Numbered from the stretch's first letter, positions 10,142 through 19,117 are shown. The stretch: DNA of 64,000 nucleotides from a virus (IMGVR_UViG_3300032257_000006:1-64000), one strand, 5' to 3'. Numbers and translations are program-made. The notes: generated by a model from the letters alone, not told the origin.

Positions 10142-10468
10142 TTAACCTCGGGCTTTGCCGTGCACCAACTCTCTGGCCTCTTTAATTACGACCTCCTTAT
10201 CTACTAAGAACCTTCTAAGTAAGCTTATCAGGTCATTGTTTAGTTCAAGTACAGAATAGATACAACTGGCTGTAACCGTATCTTTTTCTTCTATAGATAC
10301 CGCGTGACCTATAAGCAGGTGCTTATGTGCATCGTACTCTGAACGGGCTAATTGTTTGCTTACGCCATATATCAAAGTCTCATCTATCTTAATAGATGAG
10401 GAGTAAGAGTTAGATACTGCCTCAAGTTTCTTCAGCGTTGTTATTAGCTGCATCCGTTGGTCTTTCAT
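10142..10468 (-). CDS. Hypothetical protein
   Basis: 108-aa ORF. Confidence 0.65.
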   Translation of the reverse strand: MKDQRMQLITTLKKLEAVSNSYSSSIKIDETLIYGVSKQLARSEYDAHKHLLIGHAVSIEEKDTVTASCIYSVLELNNDLISLLRRFLVDKEVVIKEARELVHGKARG

Positions 10469-10907
10469 CGTCTTTAGCCTTTGCGTTTAGGAATTTATTT
10501 ACATACTCACTTACTTTTCCTCGTAACATTTGAGCTTGTCCATATGCAATAGCTATAGAAGTTAAACCATTAACAAACTCAGCAATCTCATTATCTTTTG
10601 GCCTCTGAGCCTTAAGCTCTGCCTCATGCTTAGCATTCAGAACGTCCTCAGTAGCTCTAACAGCGCAATCATAAGCGACTACTGTTTGGTATTTAAGCTG
10701 TTCTTCATGCTTAGCGTTTAGCTCGTCTATGTGAGATTGTGGATAACAAGCAGTTGAGCCTTGGAAGCTAATTCTACTTGCTGCAATTAATCGCTTATCA
10801 GACTCTTGTACTTCTGCATAGAACACATCTGGCATATCTTTATTAACAATAGCTTCTGCTACTATTTCGCCTGTCTCATCATCCGCTGCAAATATCTTTT
10901 CCATCAC
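10422..10907 (-). CDS. Hypothetical protein, mosaic paralog family (KDMPDVFYAEV / LNAKHEAELKA)
   Basis: Shares peptide and DNA blocks with neighbouring genes. Confidence 0.7.
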   Translation of the reverse strand: MMEKIFAADDETGEIVAEAIVNKDMPDVFYAEVQESDKRLIAASRISFQGSTACYPQSHIDELNAKHEEQLKYQTVVAYDCAVRATEDVLNAKHEAELKAQRPKDNEIAEFVNGLTSIAIAYGQAQMLRGKVSEYVNKFLNAKAKDDERPTDAANNNAEET

Positions 10908-11227
10908 TCACCATCCTTAATGCGCTGCTTTACGTTGTTAATAACATCTAAATTAGCCTTAAAGGCTCCTTCAAGTCTTTTTGTAAATTCGGTATAGCCC
11001 ATAGAATTAAGAGCATCAATTATCATTCTTTGCTGTAAAGCTTGCTTACTCTCAACCTCATCCAACAACTCAAGTTTCTCACGCTGTACATCTGCTTTGT
11101 GTTTTATAAGCTGCTTACCTAAGTCATGCCAATTGTTTAAGTGGTTAACTATTGCCTGCTGGCTAAAAGGTGTGCCGTTGCAACCTATTTCACCACCAAT
11201 CATTAAATTATATTTATCACTCATCAC
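10904..11227 (-). CDS. Hypothetical protein
   Basis: 107 aa, ATGA-type overlaps on both sides. Confidence 0.7.
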   Translation of the reverse strand: MMSDKYNLMIGGEIGCNGTPFSQQAIVNHLNNWHDLGKQLIKHKADVQREKLELLDEVESKQALQQRMIIDALNSMGYTEFTKRLEGAFKANLDVINNVKQRIKDGE

Positions 11228-11739
11228 TCACCATCCTTTGCGTTTAGGGCAACTTTTGCAATGTCATATGTTGGGTCATCAGCCTTTATTTTAAAATGAG
11301 TTCTGCAACTAGCCTCTAATAAAAGCGTTTGTACTGCATTAGGGTGGCAACACATGGCACTAGTTATTTTAGCATCTAAGTAATCAACCTCTGATTGCTT
11401 GTAATTCAATTGCTCATCATGCTTTTCAATTAAATCATCATCGTTTACCTTTGCGTTTAGGATTGCTTTGTGGCATGGAATTGAATAACCCATATCTTGA
11501 CTTTTAACTATATGATGCTCTGCATAGATATTCCCACATTTATTAGCTAGAGCCTTAAGCTCTGCCTCATGCTTAGCGTTTAGCTCGTCTATGATTTCAT
11601 CTGCGCCAACTCGCGTTATCCATTCAGCCTGTAACTGATCAAACTCATCAGGAGTCAACGAGACTATTCCGTTAGATTTAACTACTTTGCGCATTTTACT
11701 AATCATGTTAATCCCATCTGGCATATCTTTATCACTCAT
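11224..11739 (-). CDS. Hypothetical protein, mosaic paralog family
   Basis: MSDKDMPD start, IDELNAKHEAELKA block. Confidence 0.7.
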   Translation of the reverse strand: MSDKDMPDGINMISKMRKVVKSNGIVSLTPDEFDQLQAEWITRVGADEIIDELNAKHEAELKALANKCGNIYAEHHIVKSQDMGYSIPCHKAILNAKVNDDDLIEKHDEQLNYKQSEVDYLDAKITSAMCCHPNAVQTLLLEASCRTHFKIKADDPTYDIAKVALNAKDGE

Positions 11740-11998
11740 CGTCTTTTACCTTTGCGCTTAGAAGTTCAAAAACTCTACCATAAGAGAAACTATCATCAAG
11801 TAGATCAAGGCATTCGTATATTGTTGCGCGCCTTATAGCCTTAAGCTCAGCCTCATGCTTACGTGTTAGCTCGTCTATGTGAGATTGTGAGTAGCACTTA
11901 GTAAGCCCATCGAAATTAGTCTTGTACCCTACAATATCAACGCCAAGTGAATTATCAACTTCAGCATAGAACACATCTGGCATATCTTTATTGGTCAT
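11732..11998 (-). CDS. Hypothetical protein, mosaic paralog family
   Basis: MTNKDMPDVFYAEV, CYSQSHIDELTRKHEAELKA. Confidence 0.7.
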   Translation of the reverse strand: MTNKDMPDVFYAEVDNSLGVDIVGYKTNFDGLTKCYSQSHIDELTRKHEAELKAIRRATIYECLDLLDDSFSYGRVFELLSAKVKDDE

Positions 11999-12170
11999 TG
12001 TTTAATCCTTTCGATAACAATTCACAAATCCATGATAAGTAAAAACAAATAATCGCGATCATGCCAAACACAAAACTATAGAATGCTTGAACTACATTAA
12101 AATCAGAAAAATAACCTATAACAATATTCAAAATCATTGCTATCAACCACAAGAATTTAACTTTCATCAC
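11988..12170 (-). CDS. Small two-TM membrane protein
   Basis: 60 aa with two hydrophobic stretches. Confidence 0.65.
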   Translation of the reverse strand: MMKVKFLWLIAMILNIVIGYFSDFNVVQAFYSFVFGMIAIICFYLSWICELLSKGLNNDQ

Positions 12171-12183
12171 TCACACCTCGCTC

Positions 12184-13572
12184 CTATGCTGGTTTAGGTA
12201 CCGCTGTTACACGGAGAATAATATCAGCGATCAGATTACCCATGCCTCGGGCACTGTTCCAGAGGCCTGACTGACCTAACAGCTGGTGAGCTGTAGTCGG
12301 TGCTACGCCTTTAACTAAGCTCTCCGGTACATCTTTCACTCTGCAGTGTTCTACAGGTGTCAGGAGACGCTCCTTGCTGTCCTCAGCACGTACTAAGAAT
12401 GGTTCAGTACTTCTGCGTTTATTGTAATGGCGTCCAATGGTGCCGCAGCTAGTTGCTTCCTCAGTTAATAATTGGCGATTAGCAAATCCCTTACCCGCCG
12501 CCTTGTCAGTTACAGCCTTGTCCTTTAGGTACTGGTTGTCAGACCACGACTTATCATCTGCTGGCACCGGCTCCAATAGTTCGCCCAGGTTGTTGTAAGT
12601 TCTGCCGTAAGTCGTTAGCTGTATGTCAGCAATATTAGCTAACGCATCGATGCCGTTAGATACTGCCAAGAACCAGTAACGCTTACGCTGCTCGAATGAT
12701 CCAGCCTGCTCATTGTCCAAGATGAACTCATGTATCGCATAGCCCATACGTTGTAGCTCTGCCTTTATCAGCATGTATGTGGCACTGCCTTGAGCCTCTA
12801 CCACGTTCTCACTGCTGATGATTGCAGGGTTTGTTGCCTTGATGGATGCCATTACTCCAAACACGGCTGTAGCGTCAGTAGGATGCTCTTCAGCTCTGCC
12901 AATTTTGTTCTTCGACTTACCAGCAATACTATGACCGGTACAAGGTAAACTGAACTGAAACACATCTACCGGAGCTAATAACTCAGGTTCCAATTCTTCT
13001 AGACTTGCTTCAAAAATTACAGTGTCGTCATCGATGGCGGTGTTGTTGTCCAAGGCTACTTGTAGGTAACTTCCATCACGATCTATGATCCACTCCAATG
13101 AAGACTCAAGGCCACCTTCAGCCATACCCTGTTTCATGGCTGCGGCAAACACCGCGGCCCCAGAACAGGCAGAACCTTCAGTTACTTTTCCGGCCTTACC
13201 ATTTTTCTTAAGACGATCTTCACGATCATTTAACTTTATGTCTTCGTGATGCATCTCAATAAGAATTGTACCATTCGTATTGAATGTAGCTTTTACTTTA
13301 CTGGCACCTTTGAATAGTTTTGTAACCGTTTCGTTACTGAAATCCAAAATTGGAATTTCCTTATCACCACGTTTACGTCCGGCCACCTTACGTTCGCCTT
13401 CTGGATCTAATCGAAGTAATATTTTCTTAGTCTCTTCATTGACCAGAACACTATAAGGCTGGTGACGTACAAACCCAATGTCCGCTAATTTTTTACCTTC
13501 AAGCCAAACACGTTTATGGCCACGGTGATCACCTAGTTTTGAATAGGTTACTTGTGCTGTTTTGTCGTTCAT
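12184..13572 (-). CDS. dcm: DNA (cytosine-5) methyltransferase with an N-terminal extension, SXT/IncC type
   Basis: ACSGAA (motif I, degenerate), SLPCTGHS (IV), SENV (VI), QRKRYW (VIII), RLLTPVEHCR (IX), LLGQS (X); N-terminal KLGDHRGHKRVWLEG. Confidence 0.9.
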   Translation of the reverse strand: MNDKTAQVTYSKLGDHRGHKRVWLEGKKLADIGFVRHQPYSVLVNEETKKILLRLDPEGERKVAGRKRGDKEIPILDFSNETVTKLFKGASKVKATFNTNGTILIEMHHEDIKLNDREDRLKKNGKAGKVTEGSACSGAAVFAAAMKQGMAEGGLESSLEWIIDRDGSYLQVALDNNTAIDDDTVIFEASLEELEPELLAPVDVFQFSLPCTGHSIAGKSKNKIGRAEEHPTDATAVFGVMASIKATNPAIISSENVVEAQGSATYMLIKAELQRMGYAIHEFILDNEQAGSFEQRKRYWFLAVSNGIDALANIADIQLTTYGRTYNNLGELLEPVPADDKSWSDNQYLKDKAVTDKAAGKGFANRQLLTEEATSCGTIGRHYNKRRSTEPFLVRAEDSKERLLTPVEHCRVKDVPESLVKGVAPTTAHQLLGQSGLWNSARGMGNLIADIILRVTAVPKPA

Positions 13573-13587
13573 GAAATTCTCCTGAAA

Positions 13588-13992
13588 TTACTTAGTAAAT
13601 TTTAACACCTTGTAAAAGTTATTAGACCACCTACCGTTACGTCTTAGGTTAGCATATACACTTTCCAATACTTCAGATCTCAACAAGTGTTCAAGAAAAT
13701 CTAATGTATCAAACTGTATTAACTCTTGAGAATCTATCGCAAAATATGCATACGCTCTATTCTCTAACGGCCTTTCGATAGCTTTGGCAAGATCTTTGTA
13801 GTCAACATGGTTCCCATAATAGTTGTCTAGCAGATCAGCAGTCTGCCAACTGGTTTGATATGTCCGTCTATTGTAGATAGACCATATATGCCTAGTACCG
13901 TTAACAAACGAACTGCCTCTATTAGTATTCGTCTCGTGAGTATACCCAAGTGACTCGGCTAACTTTACTTCACCCTCGTCTGCATATGGCAT
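13588..13992 (-). CDS. Hypothetical protein
   Basis: 134 aa, GGAG RBS. Confidence 0.7.
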   Translation of the reverse strand: MPYADEGEVKLAESLGYTHETNTNRGSSFVNGTRHIWSIYNRRTYQTSWQTADLLDNYYGNHVDYKDLAKAIERPLENRAYAYFAIDSQELIQFDTLDFLEHLLRSEVLESVYANLRRNGRWSNNFYKVLKFTK

Positions 13993-14009
13993 TTTAAATT
14001 CTCCTTAAA

Positions 14010-14384
14010 TTACGCAGCTTTATAAGGCCTTCCTAGTGATCTTTCTTCAAGGAAAAACTCTGCTGTACTGTATTGTCGTTTCATCTTATAGAAAGTCTGC
14101 TCAAATGAAAGACCTCTAAGAATCCACCGATAAAATATTGCTTTGAATCTATCCAATGTCGGAGGTATAGCGTACCTCTGAGATGTATACATTCTTAGCA
14201 ATTTCACTTCAGCTTTTTTAGTTGATCGCCGGTTCACTGTTAGGCGAGCCATCCTTCTCAACTCTTCCAGCTTCATATTTGAATACTTGTCCCTGTACTT
14301 TGGCACAACTAAATTATCTAACTCGTAGGTAGATAACGTAGCTAGGTCAACCAAAGTATAGGGGACTTTGTATCGCTTACTCAT
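14010..14384 (-). CDS. Hypothetical basic protein
   Basis: 124 aa, Arg/Lys-rich, GGAG RBS after palindrome copy 2. Confidence 0.7.
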   Translation of the reverse strand: MSKRYKVPYTLVDLATLSTYELDNLVVPKYRDKYSNMKLEELRRMARLTVNRRSTKKAEVKLLRMYTSQRYAIPPTLDRFKAIFYRWILRGLSFEQTFYKMKRQYSTAEFFLEERSLGRPYKAA

Positions 14385-14405
14385 GATCTAAGTACTCCTA
14401 AAATA

Positions 14406-14421
14406 TTCGGACAAGTCCGAA
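14406..14421. repeat. Palindrome copy 2
   Basis: TTCGGACAAGTCCGAA. Confidence 0.9.
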
Positions 14422-14423
14422 AG

Positions 14424-15149
14424 TTATTTACGAATAACAATCATCATAGTAGCAATGTTTGTTCCACTGGACTTAAACATACCTGCTGGCAGCTCTTCAA
14501 TTTCGGCCTCTACTTCTAACAACCAAGCGCGAAATGCTACCTGCTTTTTCTGATTACCTTGTGACCAAGACTTGCTAGCTAATGACACCATTATACCTCC
14601 GTCAGCTAGGTGCTGGTACATCTTGCGGATATGGTCTACGTCCTGATTTTTGGTGAACGGAGGGTTCGCAATAATCCTATCGAACTCGCGATTAAGCATA
14701 CACTCGCCGTTCATAAAATCATCTTCAAATACTTGGCCGATGTCCATCTTACGCAATGCCTTAACTCGTTCAGGTTCTAGCTCAACCATTGTGATCAATG
14801 CATCAGTACCTGCATACTCTTTGACCAGTGCAGCTTCACCTGCTGACGGCTCTAACAATCTGCACAGTGGTTGCATATTAAGTTTACGTTGCATACGTTC
14901 TACTACAGATTCAGGTGTCGCAAAGAACTGGTACTTCTTTTTGTCATCTATCTTTTCGCCACCTACCAGACGTGCAAGTACTTCTCCGGCGTCACCTTTA
15001 AACGTGAAGCCGCACTTAGAATATTTACCACCTGCTTTTGTCAGAGTTCGTTTAACTTCTGCATAGTTTTCAATTGCAGTGTCTGGAAGGTTTAAGCGAT
15101 TGCCGTCAACAATCATAAGTTTTAGTGATTCAATTAATTTTTCATTCAT
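14424..15149 (-). CDS. Class I SAM-dependent amino (N6A/N4C-type) methyltransferase
   Basis: LLEPSAGEAAL (SAM binding) and IIANPPF (catalytic); start moved to ATG 15149 to avoid overlap with the upstream gene. Confidence 0.8.
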   Translation of the reverse strand: MNEKLIESLKLMIVDGNRLNLPDTAIENYAEVKRTLTKAGGKYSKCGFTFKGDAGEVLARLVGGEKIDDKKKYQFFATPESVVERMQRKLNMQPLCRLLEPSAGEAALVKEYAGTDALITMVELEPERVKALRKMDIGQVFEDDFMNGECMLNREFDRIIANPPFTKNQDVDHIRKMYQHLADGGIMVSLASKSWSQGNQKKQVAFRAWLLEVEAEIEELPAGMFKSSGTNIATMMIVIRK

Positions 15150-15153
15150 GGTT

Positions 15154-15447
15154 TTATACTCTATCGTAATATTTTTGTTTGCGACCATCGCCTGCGTATT
15201 CAAATTCCGCATTGCTTCTGATCTCGTCGTGTTCTTCTTCGGAGTGAACTCCGAACAAGGTGTAGTGAGTAGGGCCTGAGTTTTTCACTGTACGCAGTTC
15301 CCTGAGTAGTGGAAAATACTCTTCTCTATTTACTGTTAGTGTTGCCAGTCTCATCAGCCAGTCGCCTTCTCTAAAATAAACACGCATGACAACTTCTTTG
15401 AAAGTCTCATCAGCTATTTTAGAGTGTACTTCTAGTCCAGTTAACAT
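15154..15447 (-). CDS. Hypothetical protein
   Basis: 97 aa, AGGAGG RBS. Confidence 0.7.
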   Translation of the reverse strand: MLTGLEVHSKIADETFKEVVMRVYFREGDWLMRLATLTVNREEYFPLLRELRTVKNSGPTHYTLFGVHSEEEHDEIRSNAEFEYAGDGRKQKYYDRV

Positions 15448-15455
15448 GCGGCCTC

Positions 15456-16013
15456 CTAATAAGTAAAGTTAAGGTCTTTATCTATGTTACGTACCAGCCA
15501 TCTGATCTTTTTATGTAGTTCGTTTATACCTTCATCGTTAACAATGGTGTCAGAAATAAACGCATCACTTATTCCGTTCTCGCTACTGTGGCCAGACTTG
15601 CTAATCTTTTCCATTCCTGGCCGGACTATTTTGAATACCATACCGCCTCGCTGCAGAATCATCTTGGCTTCGTTGTCGAAGCGAACATCAGTGAAAACTG
15701 TATTCTTTGACGTAGCTGCAATTCTCTGTTGCGCTCTTAATACCCACAACTCTGGGTGAACTATATCGCGGCCCCATTCAGTACCTAAGGTCTGCAATAG
15801 TTCACGGTAGGTTAAGTCTATGCCGTCTGGTCGATAACCTGCTCGCTTACCTAACTCCACAGCTTCTACAGTAGTTCCAAACATTGCAGCCAGTGCTTGG
15901 TACATTGGCATTGCGAATTTGTCTACTACAAATCCTTCGTTTACTACTAGGCAATTTCCTGCCTCATCTTTTCCGCAGCCTGCGTCACCATGTAATCCAA
16001 TTAGTTTATTCAT
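15456..16013 (-). CDS. Deoxynucleoside monophosphate kinase (T4 gp1-like)
   Basis: GLHGDAGCGKD P-loop, RELLQTLGTEWGR, DVRFDNEA, HSSENG. Confidence 0.9.
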   Translation of the reverse strand: MNKLIGLHGDAGCGKDEAGNCLVVNEGFVVDKFAMPMYQALAAMFGTTVEAVELGKRAGYRPDGIDLTYRELLQTLGTEWGRDIVHPELWVLRAQQRIAATSKNTVFTDVRFDNEAKMILQRGGMVFKIVRPGMEKISKSGHSSENGISDAFISDTIVNDEGINELHKKIRWLVRNIDKDLNFTY

Positions 16014-16024
16014 TGTCTTTACCT

Positions 16025-16315
16025 TTAATTAAAAAATTTAGCGTTTGAGTATTTAGCGATTACCTGACGCTTAGCGTCAGACCTATTCTTGGCTCTGAAG
16101 AATGCATACAACTCATTCTCTGGGTCATCTGTAGTGTAGGCACAGTACAGAGTGTCACCGCAGCCCCAGTAAGCTCCTCCAGAATCGTACGCTCCGTCAG
16201 AGGACATTCGAACCTGCACTAAGTGAACTGTTTCAGTTACCTTGTCAGGCCAGTGACAGTTTCGTCCTATTGGCGCACCTCTAGAACAATTTACTTCCGG
16301 TAAATCAATAGCCAT
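16025..16315 (-). CDS. Hypothetical protein (GAPIGR / YDSGGAYWG pattern)
   Basis: 96 aa, GGAGG RBS. Confidence 0.7.
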   Translation of the reverse strand: MAIDLPEVNCSRGAPIGRNCHWPDKVTETVHLVQVRMSSDGAYDSGGAYWGCGDTLYCAYTTDDPENELYAFFRAKNRSDAKRQVIAKYSNAKFFN

Positions 16316-16316
16316 A

Positions 16317-16442
16317 TCAAAACCCTCCAGTAAAAGTTATTACTACAAAGCCGTCAGTAACTGCAGCCTCAAACATCAGACCTTGTTTCACTAGCTCGTG
16401 AAGTGTCTCACCTAGCATGTCTATCGGTATTGTCAATTTCAT
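16317..16442 (-). CDS. Small hypothetical protein (41 aa)
   Basis: Hand-translated MKLTIPIDMLGETLHELVKQGLMFEAAVTDGFVVITFTGGF; fills the gap with an ATGA overlap. Confidence 0.6.
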   Translation of the reverse strand: MKLTIPIDMLGETLHELVKQGLMFEAAVTDGFVVITFTGGF

Positions 16443-16813
16443 GTTTCATTTCCTATTTGTTCTAAGTTTACTAGTACACCAAATCGATAGAACGTTAAGT
16501 CGTAAAACTCTACTCGATCACCTGCCAGCAGCGAGTCGGTTTGAAATACCATCTCACAATCTGTATCAGAAAGATCCTGAGAAAATTTATAACCATCTTT
16601 AGTTACAATTGAATAGCTAAAAATTACCCCAGTCATAGTTGCGAAACCAGACGCTTTATAGCGGTTAAATCCTAAACTGAAGATACTTAATTTAGCTAGC
16701 GTCTCGTTTTTTCGGTTTCTTAGATAGAGATGGGCATCTGATTTTTGCTTCTTAGGTTTACGTGAGAACAACTTATTACAAAATCTCTTTGCCGAGGCTG
16801 TCAGGTTTTTCAT
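16439..16813 (-). CDS. Hypothetical protein
   Basis: 124-aa ORF. Confidence 0.65.
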   Translation of the reverse strand: MKNLTASAKRFCNKLFSRKPKKQKSDAHLYLRNRKNETLAKLSIFSLGFNRYKASGFATMTGVIFSYSIVTKDGYKFSQDLSDTDCEMVFQTDSLLAGDRVEFYDLTFYRFGVLVNLEQIGNET

Positions 16814-17532
16814 ATCAGCAAACCTGAGTCTAATTTATTGAACTCGTTTATCTTCCAGTTGGTGCCGTGGACAGTGATGGCGATATCTTTCTTAGTGCCA
16901 TCGCATAACTTGCACATCTTGCAGGTCATATCAGCGTTCTTTTCAGCTGCACAGATTGTTTCTTTAACAACTGTCTCTTCACCTGTTTTCTTTATTCTGA
17001 AAGTTTTCCAGCCTTTAGCGTTAGCCGCTAATTTGTCTTGTAAATTATCAACCGATGCCATGCAATAATTTTGCAGTTCTTGGTCGCAATATTTCCAAGC
17101 GTGGGTATAGCCAGTATTGTTACGAGCGCCTTCAGATAACTGTTGCCACACCGTTAGAGGTACAGCTGCCGGATCTCCATAACTACCGAAACGCACAACC
17201 TGGTCTTTGCATAATTCGTTAAGGTTCTCAGCTACCTTCATGTCTCGGCGATTGTAAGCATGCCACACCGCTGTTGGTGCTTGGTGTACTAAGACATAAC
17301 AGGTCTTACCTCTAAGCTCACAGGTGCCGCAGATAGATTCATCAGCGCCTGTCTTTAATGCTTCGTTTGGTGCCATATCCTTACGTAGAATATACGTCTG
17401 AATAATCGGCCCAGTCTTTCTATTAGCACTAGGGCGCTTGAATCCAGTAGCCAGCACAATGATCGGTGACCCGTCTAACAATGACGGCCCGTCGTATACA
17501 AGGTACATACTATCTTTAACTTTTTTAGTCAT
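16810..17532 (-). CDS. Cys-rich putative metal/Fe-S protein
   Basis: CGTCELRGKTCYV, RFGSYGDPAA, GYTHAW, CKMCKLC; start moved to ATG 17532 after the AGGAG RBS. Confidence 0.6.
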   Translation of the reverse strand: MTKKVKDSMYLVYDGPSLLDGSPIIVLATGFKRPSANRKTGPIIQTYILRKDMAPNEALKTGADESICGTCELRGKTCYVLVHQAPTAVWHAYNRRDMKVAENLNELCKDQVVRFGSYGDPAAVPLTVWQQLSEGARNNTGYTHAWKYCDQELQNYCMASVDNLQDKLAANAKGWKTFRIKKTGEETVVKETICAAEKNADMTCKMCKLCDGTKKDIAITVHGTNWKINEFNKLDSGLLI

Positions 17533-17550
17533 GAAAATTCTCCTGAAATG

Positions 17551-17566
17551 TTCGGACATGTCCGAA
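17551..17566. repeat. Palindrome copy 3
   Basis: TTCGGACATGTCCGAA. Confidence 0.9.
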
Positions 17567-17568
17567 AG

Positions 17569-17829
17569 TTACTTTGCAACTAATTTGTACTGATTGTGTC
17601 TTGTGTTGTAGGTGTAAATCAGTTTCGATTTGTCACTAAAGACACAGGTATATTTTACGCATTTTCCGCGGTCTGTATACAGGCTCTTAATTTCCTTAGG
17701 CGTCTCATTTACGGTGTCTGAAAAGTCTAACCGTTTACCCCACTTTGTGGTTCCGTAGCCGTCTTTCATAGACAGTTGAACACAATCTGCGGCTAGTATT
17801 GCTTTTCGTAACTCTGCTGCTTTAGTCAT
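17569..17829 (-). CDS. Hypothetical protein
   Basis: 86 aa, GGAG RBS. Confidence 0.7.
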   Translation of the reverse strand: MTKAAELRKAILAADCVQLSMKDGYGTTKWGKRLDFSDTVNETPKEIKSLYTDRGKCVKYTCVFSDKSKLIYTYNTRHNQYKLVAK

Positions 17830-17844
17830 TCTAAATTCTCCAAA

Positions 17845-18111
17845 TTAAATACAATGTCGTTCTCTAAGTTCTTCTTCGGTGTACTCTCCTTTATAGTAGT
17901 TACACCATTTACATCCCCGTTGGTGAGGAAAATACCAACCATCGCATGTACATTTTACCCGTCTCGCATACTCTCTCCTCTCTTTTTCTACACAGTGTAA
18001 ATTAGCACCGCATGCTTTACATTTAGGCTCCTTTACATATAGGTGTTTAGCCTTATTTAAAGTAACCCGCATCCTACATTTTTTACTATTGCACCTATAC
18101 CGGTTAGGCAT
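17845..18111 (-). CDS. Zn-finger-like Cys-rich protein
   Basis: CNSKKC, CKAC, CTCDGWYFPHQRGCKWC. Confidence 0.7.
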   Translation of the reverse strand: MPNRYRCNSKKCRMRVTLNKAKHLYVKEPKCKACGANLHCVEKERREYARRVKCTCDGWYFPHQRGCKWCNYYKGEYTEEELRERHCI

Positions 18112-18112
18112 A

Positions 18113-18583
18113 TTAGCTCCAAGTATTTAACGGGGCACATACTCCAAACATTTCGTACTCGTGATTTACATTCAAACTAGTATCAACACCTAAACTGAAC
18201 AATAAATAATGAATCATCTCATGCTCAAGGATTGTAGTACGTTCAAGTCGTAAGATTTCAGCGAGTTCTACTACAATGATCCTGTCGTACTCGTAAGTGA
18301 CGCCAGCCGCAGTACCTCTATTAAGGTCTTCAACTACTACAATGTGTGGGCCTTTACTTACTGACAAACCGGTGCAAGCTTGTACTCTATCCCAAGCATT
18401 TACAAACCAGCTTATATCTAACTGCTCTTCGGTGTGAAATTTTACAGTAATGCCTGTCCGAGCATCTCCTATGTCATAGTCACCGCTAGTAAATCCAGAA
18501 CCGTAGTCACCATTAATATCGCAACCGGAAAGCGCCACTGACGCTAGTATAAAAAATCCTACTAATAAGATTGTCTGTTTCAT
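18113..18583 (-). CDS. Lipoprotein with an HExxH zincin motif
   Basis: Signal peptide MKQTILLVGFFILASVALSG-C (lipobox); ILEHEMIHYLL. Confidence 0.7.
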   Translation of the reverse strand: MKQTILLVGFFILASVALSGCDINGDYGSGFTSGDYDIGDARTGITVKFHTEEQLDISWFVNAWDRVQACTGLSVSKGPHIVVVEDLNRGTAAGVTYEYDRIIVVELAEILRLERTTILEHEMIHYLLFSLGVDTSLNVNHEYEMFGVCAPLNTWS

Positions 18584-18783
18584 TACTCTTCCTCTGTTAG
18601 CTCTACACTTAATAATTTAGCCAGTCTCTCTACTGCGTCAATACTTGAGTTTACTGAATGATTATCAGGCACCCAATCCCCATCACCTAATAAATTAAAA
18701 TCAGTCCTTAGGTTTGACAGTAGTTCAGTAATTTCCTGCCGGCTCTCTTTGTCGTACCTATGTACGTTAGTTGCCAGTGCCAT
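18583..18783 (-). CDS. Hypothetical protein
   Basis: 66-aa ORF. Confidence 0.65.
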   Translation of the reverse strand: MALATNVHRYDKESRQEITELLSNLRTDFNLLGDGDWVPDNHSVNSSIDAVERLAKLLSVELTEEE

Positions 18784-19117
18784 TTTCTGTATCCTCTTGC
18801 ATGCTATGCATTATACCGTCCACTGAATCCCAACCTTGTAAATAACGTTTTACGTAGTCGGTACTTTTACCTTCTTTGATAAGTGCAAGTTTTGCTAACT
18901 CTCGCTTATCTTTATTTTCTACGCCATACAAAACCAGACCGTCTAAAATTCCGGCCAGATAGTCTGTGACCATGTCGTCAGTTATCTTTCTCTTTGCCCC
19001 TGTAATTGCCTTAGCTACAAGATCAACTTCAGCTCCCCACAACGACCAACTAAAATCAATCTGCATGTCATCGTTAACTATTAGACTTGGGTGTCTAGTA
19101 TTTTCATGAGCCATCAT
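18767..19117 (-). CDS. Hypothetical protein
   Basis: 116 aa, GGAGG RBS. Confidence 0.7.
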   Translation of the reverse strand: MMAHENTRHPSLIVNDDMQIDFSWSLWGAEVDLVAKAITGAKRKITDDMVTDYLAGILDGLVLYGVENKDKRELAKLALIKEGKSTDYVKRYLQGWDSVDGIMHSMQEDTENGTGN

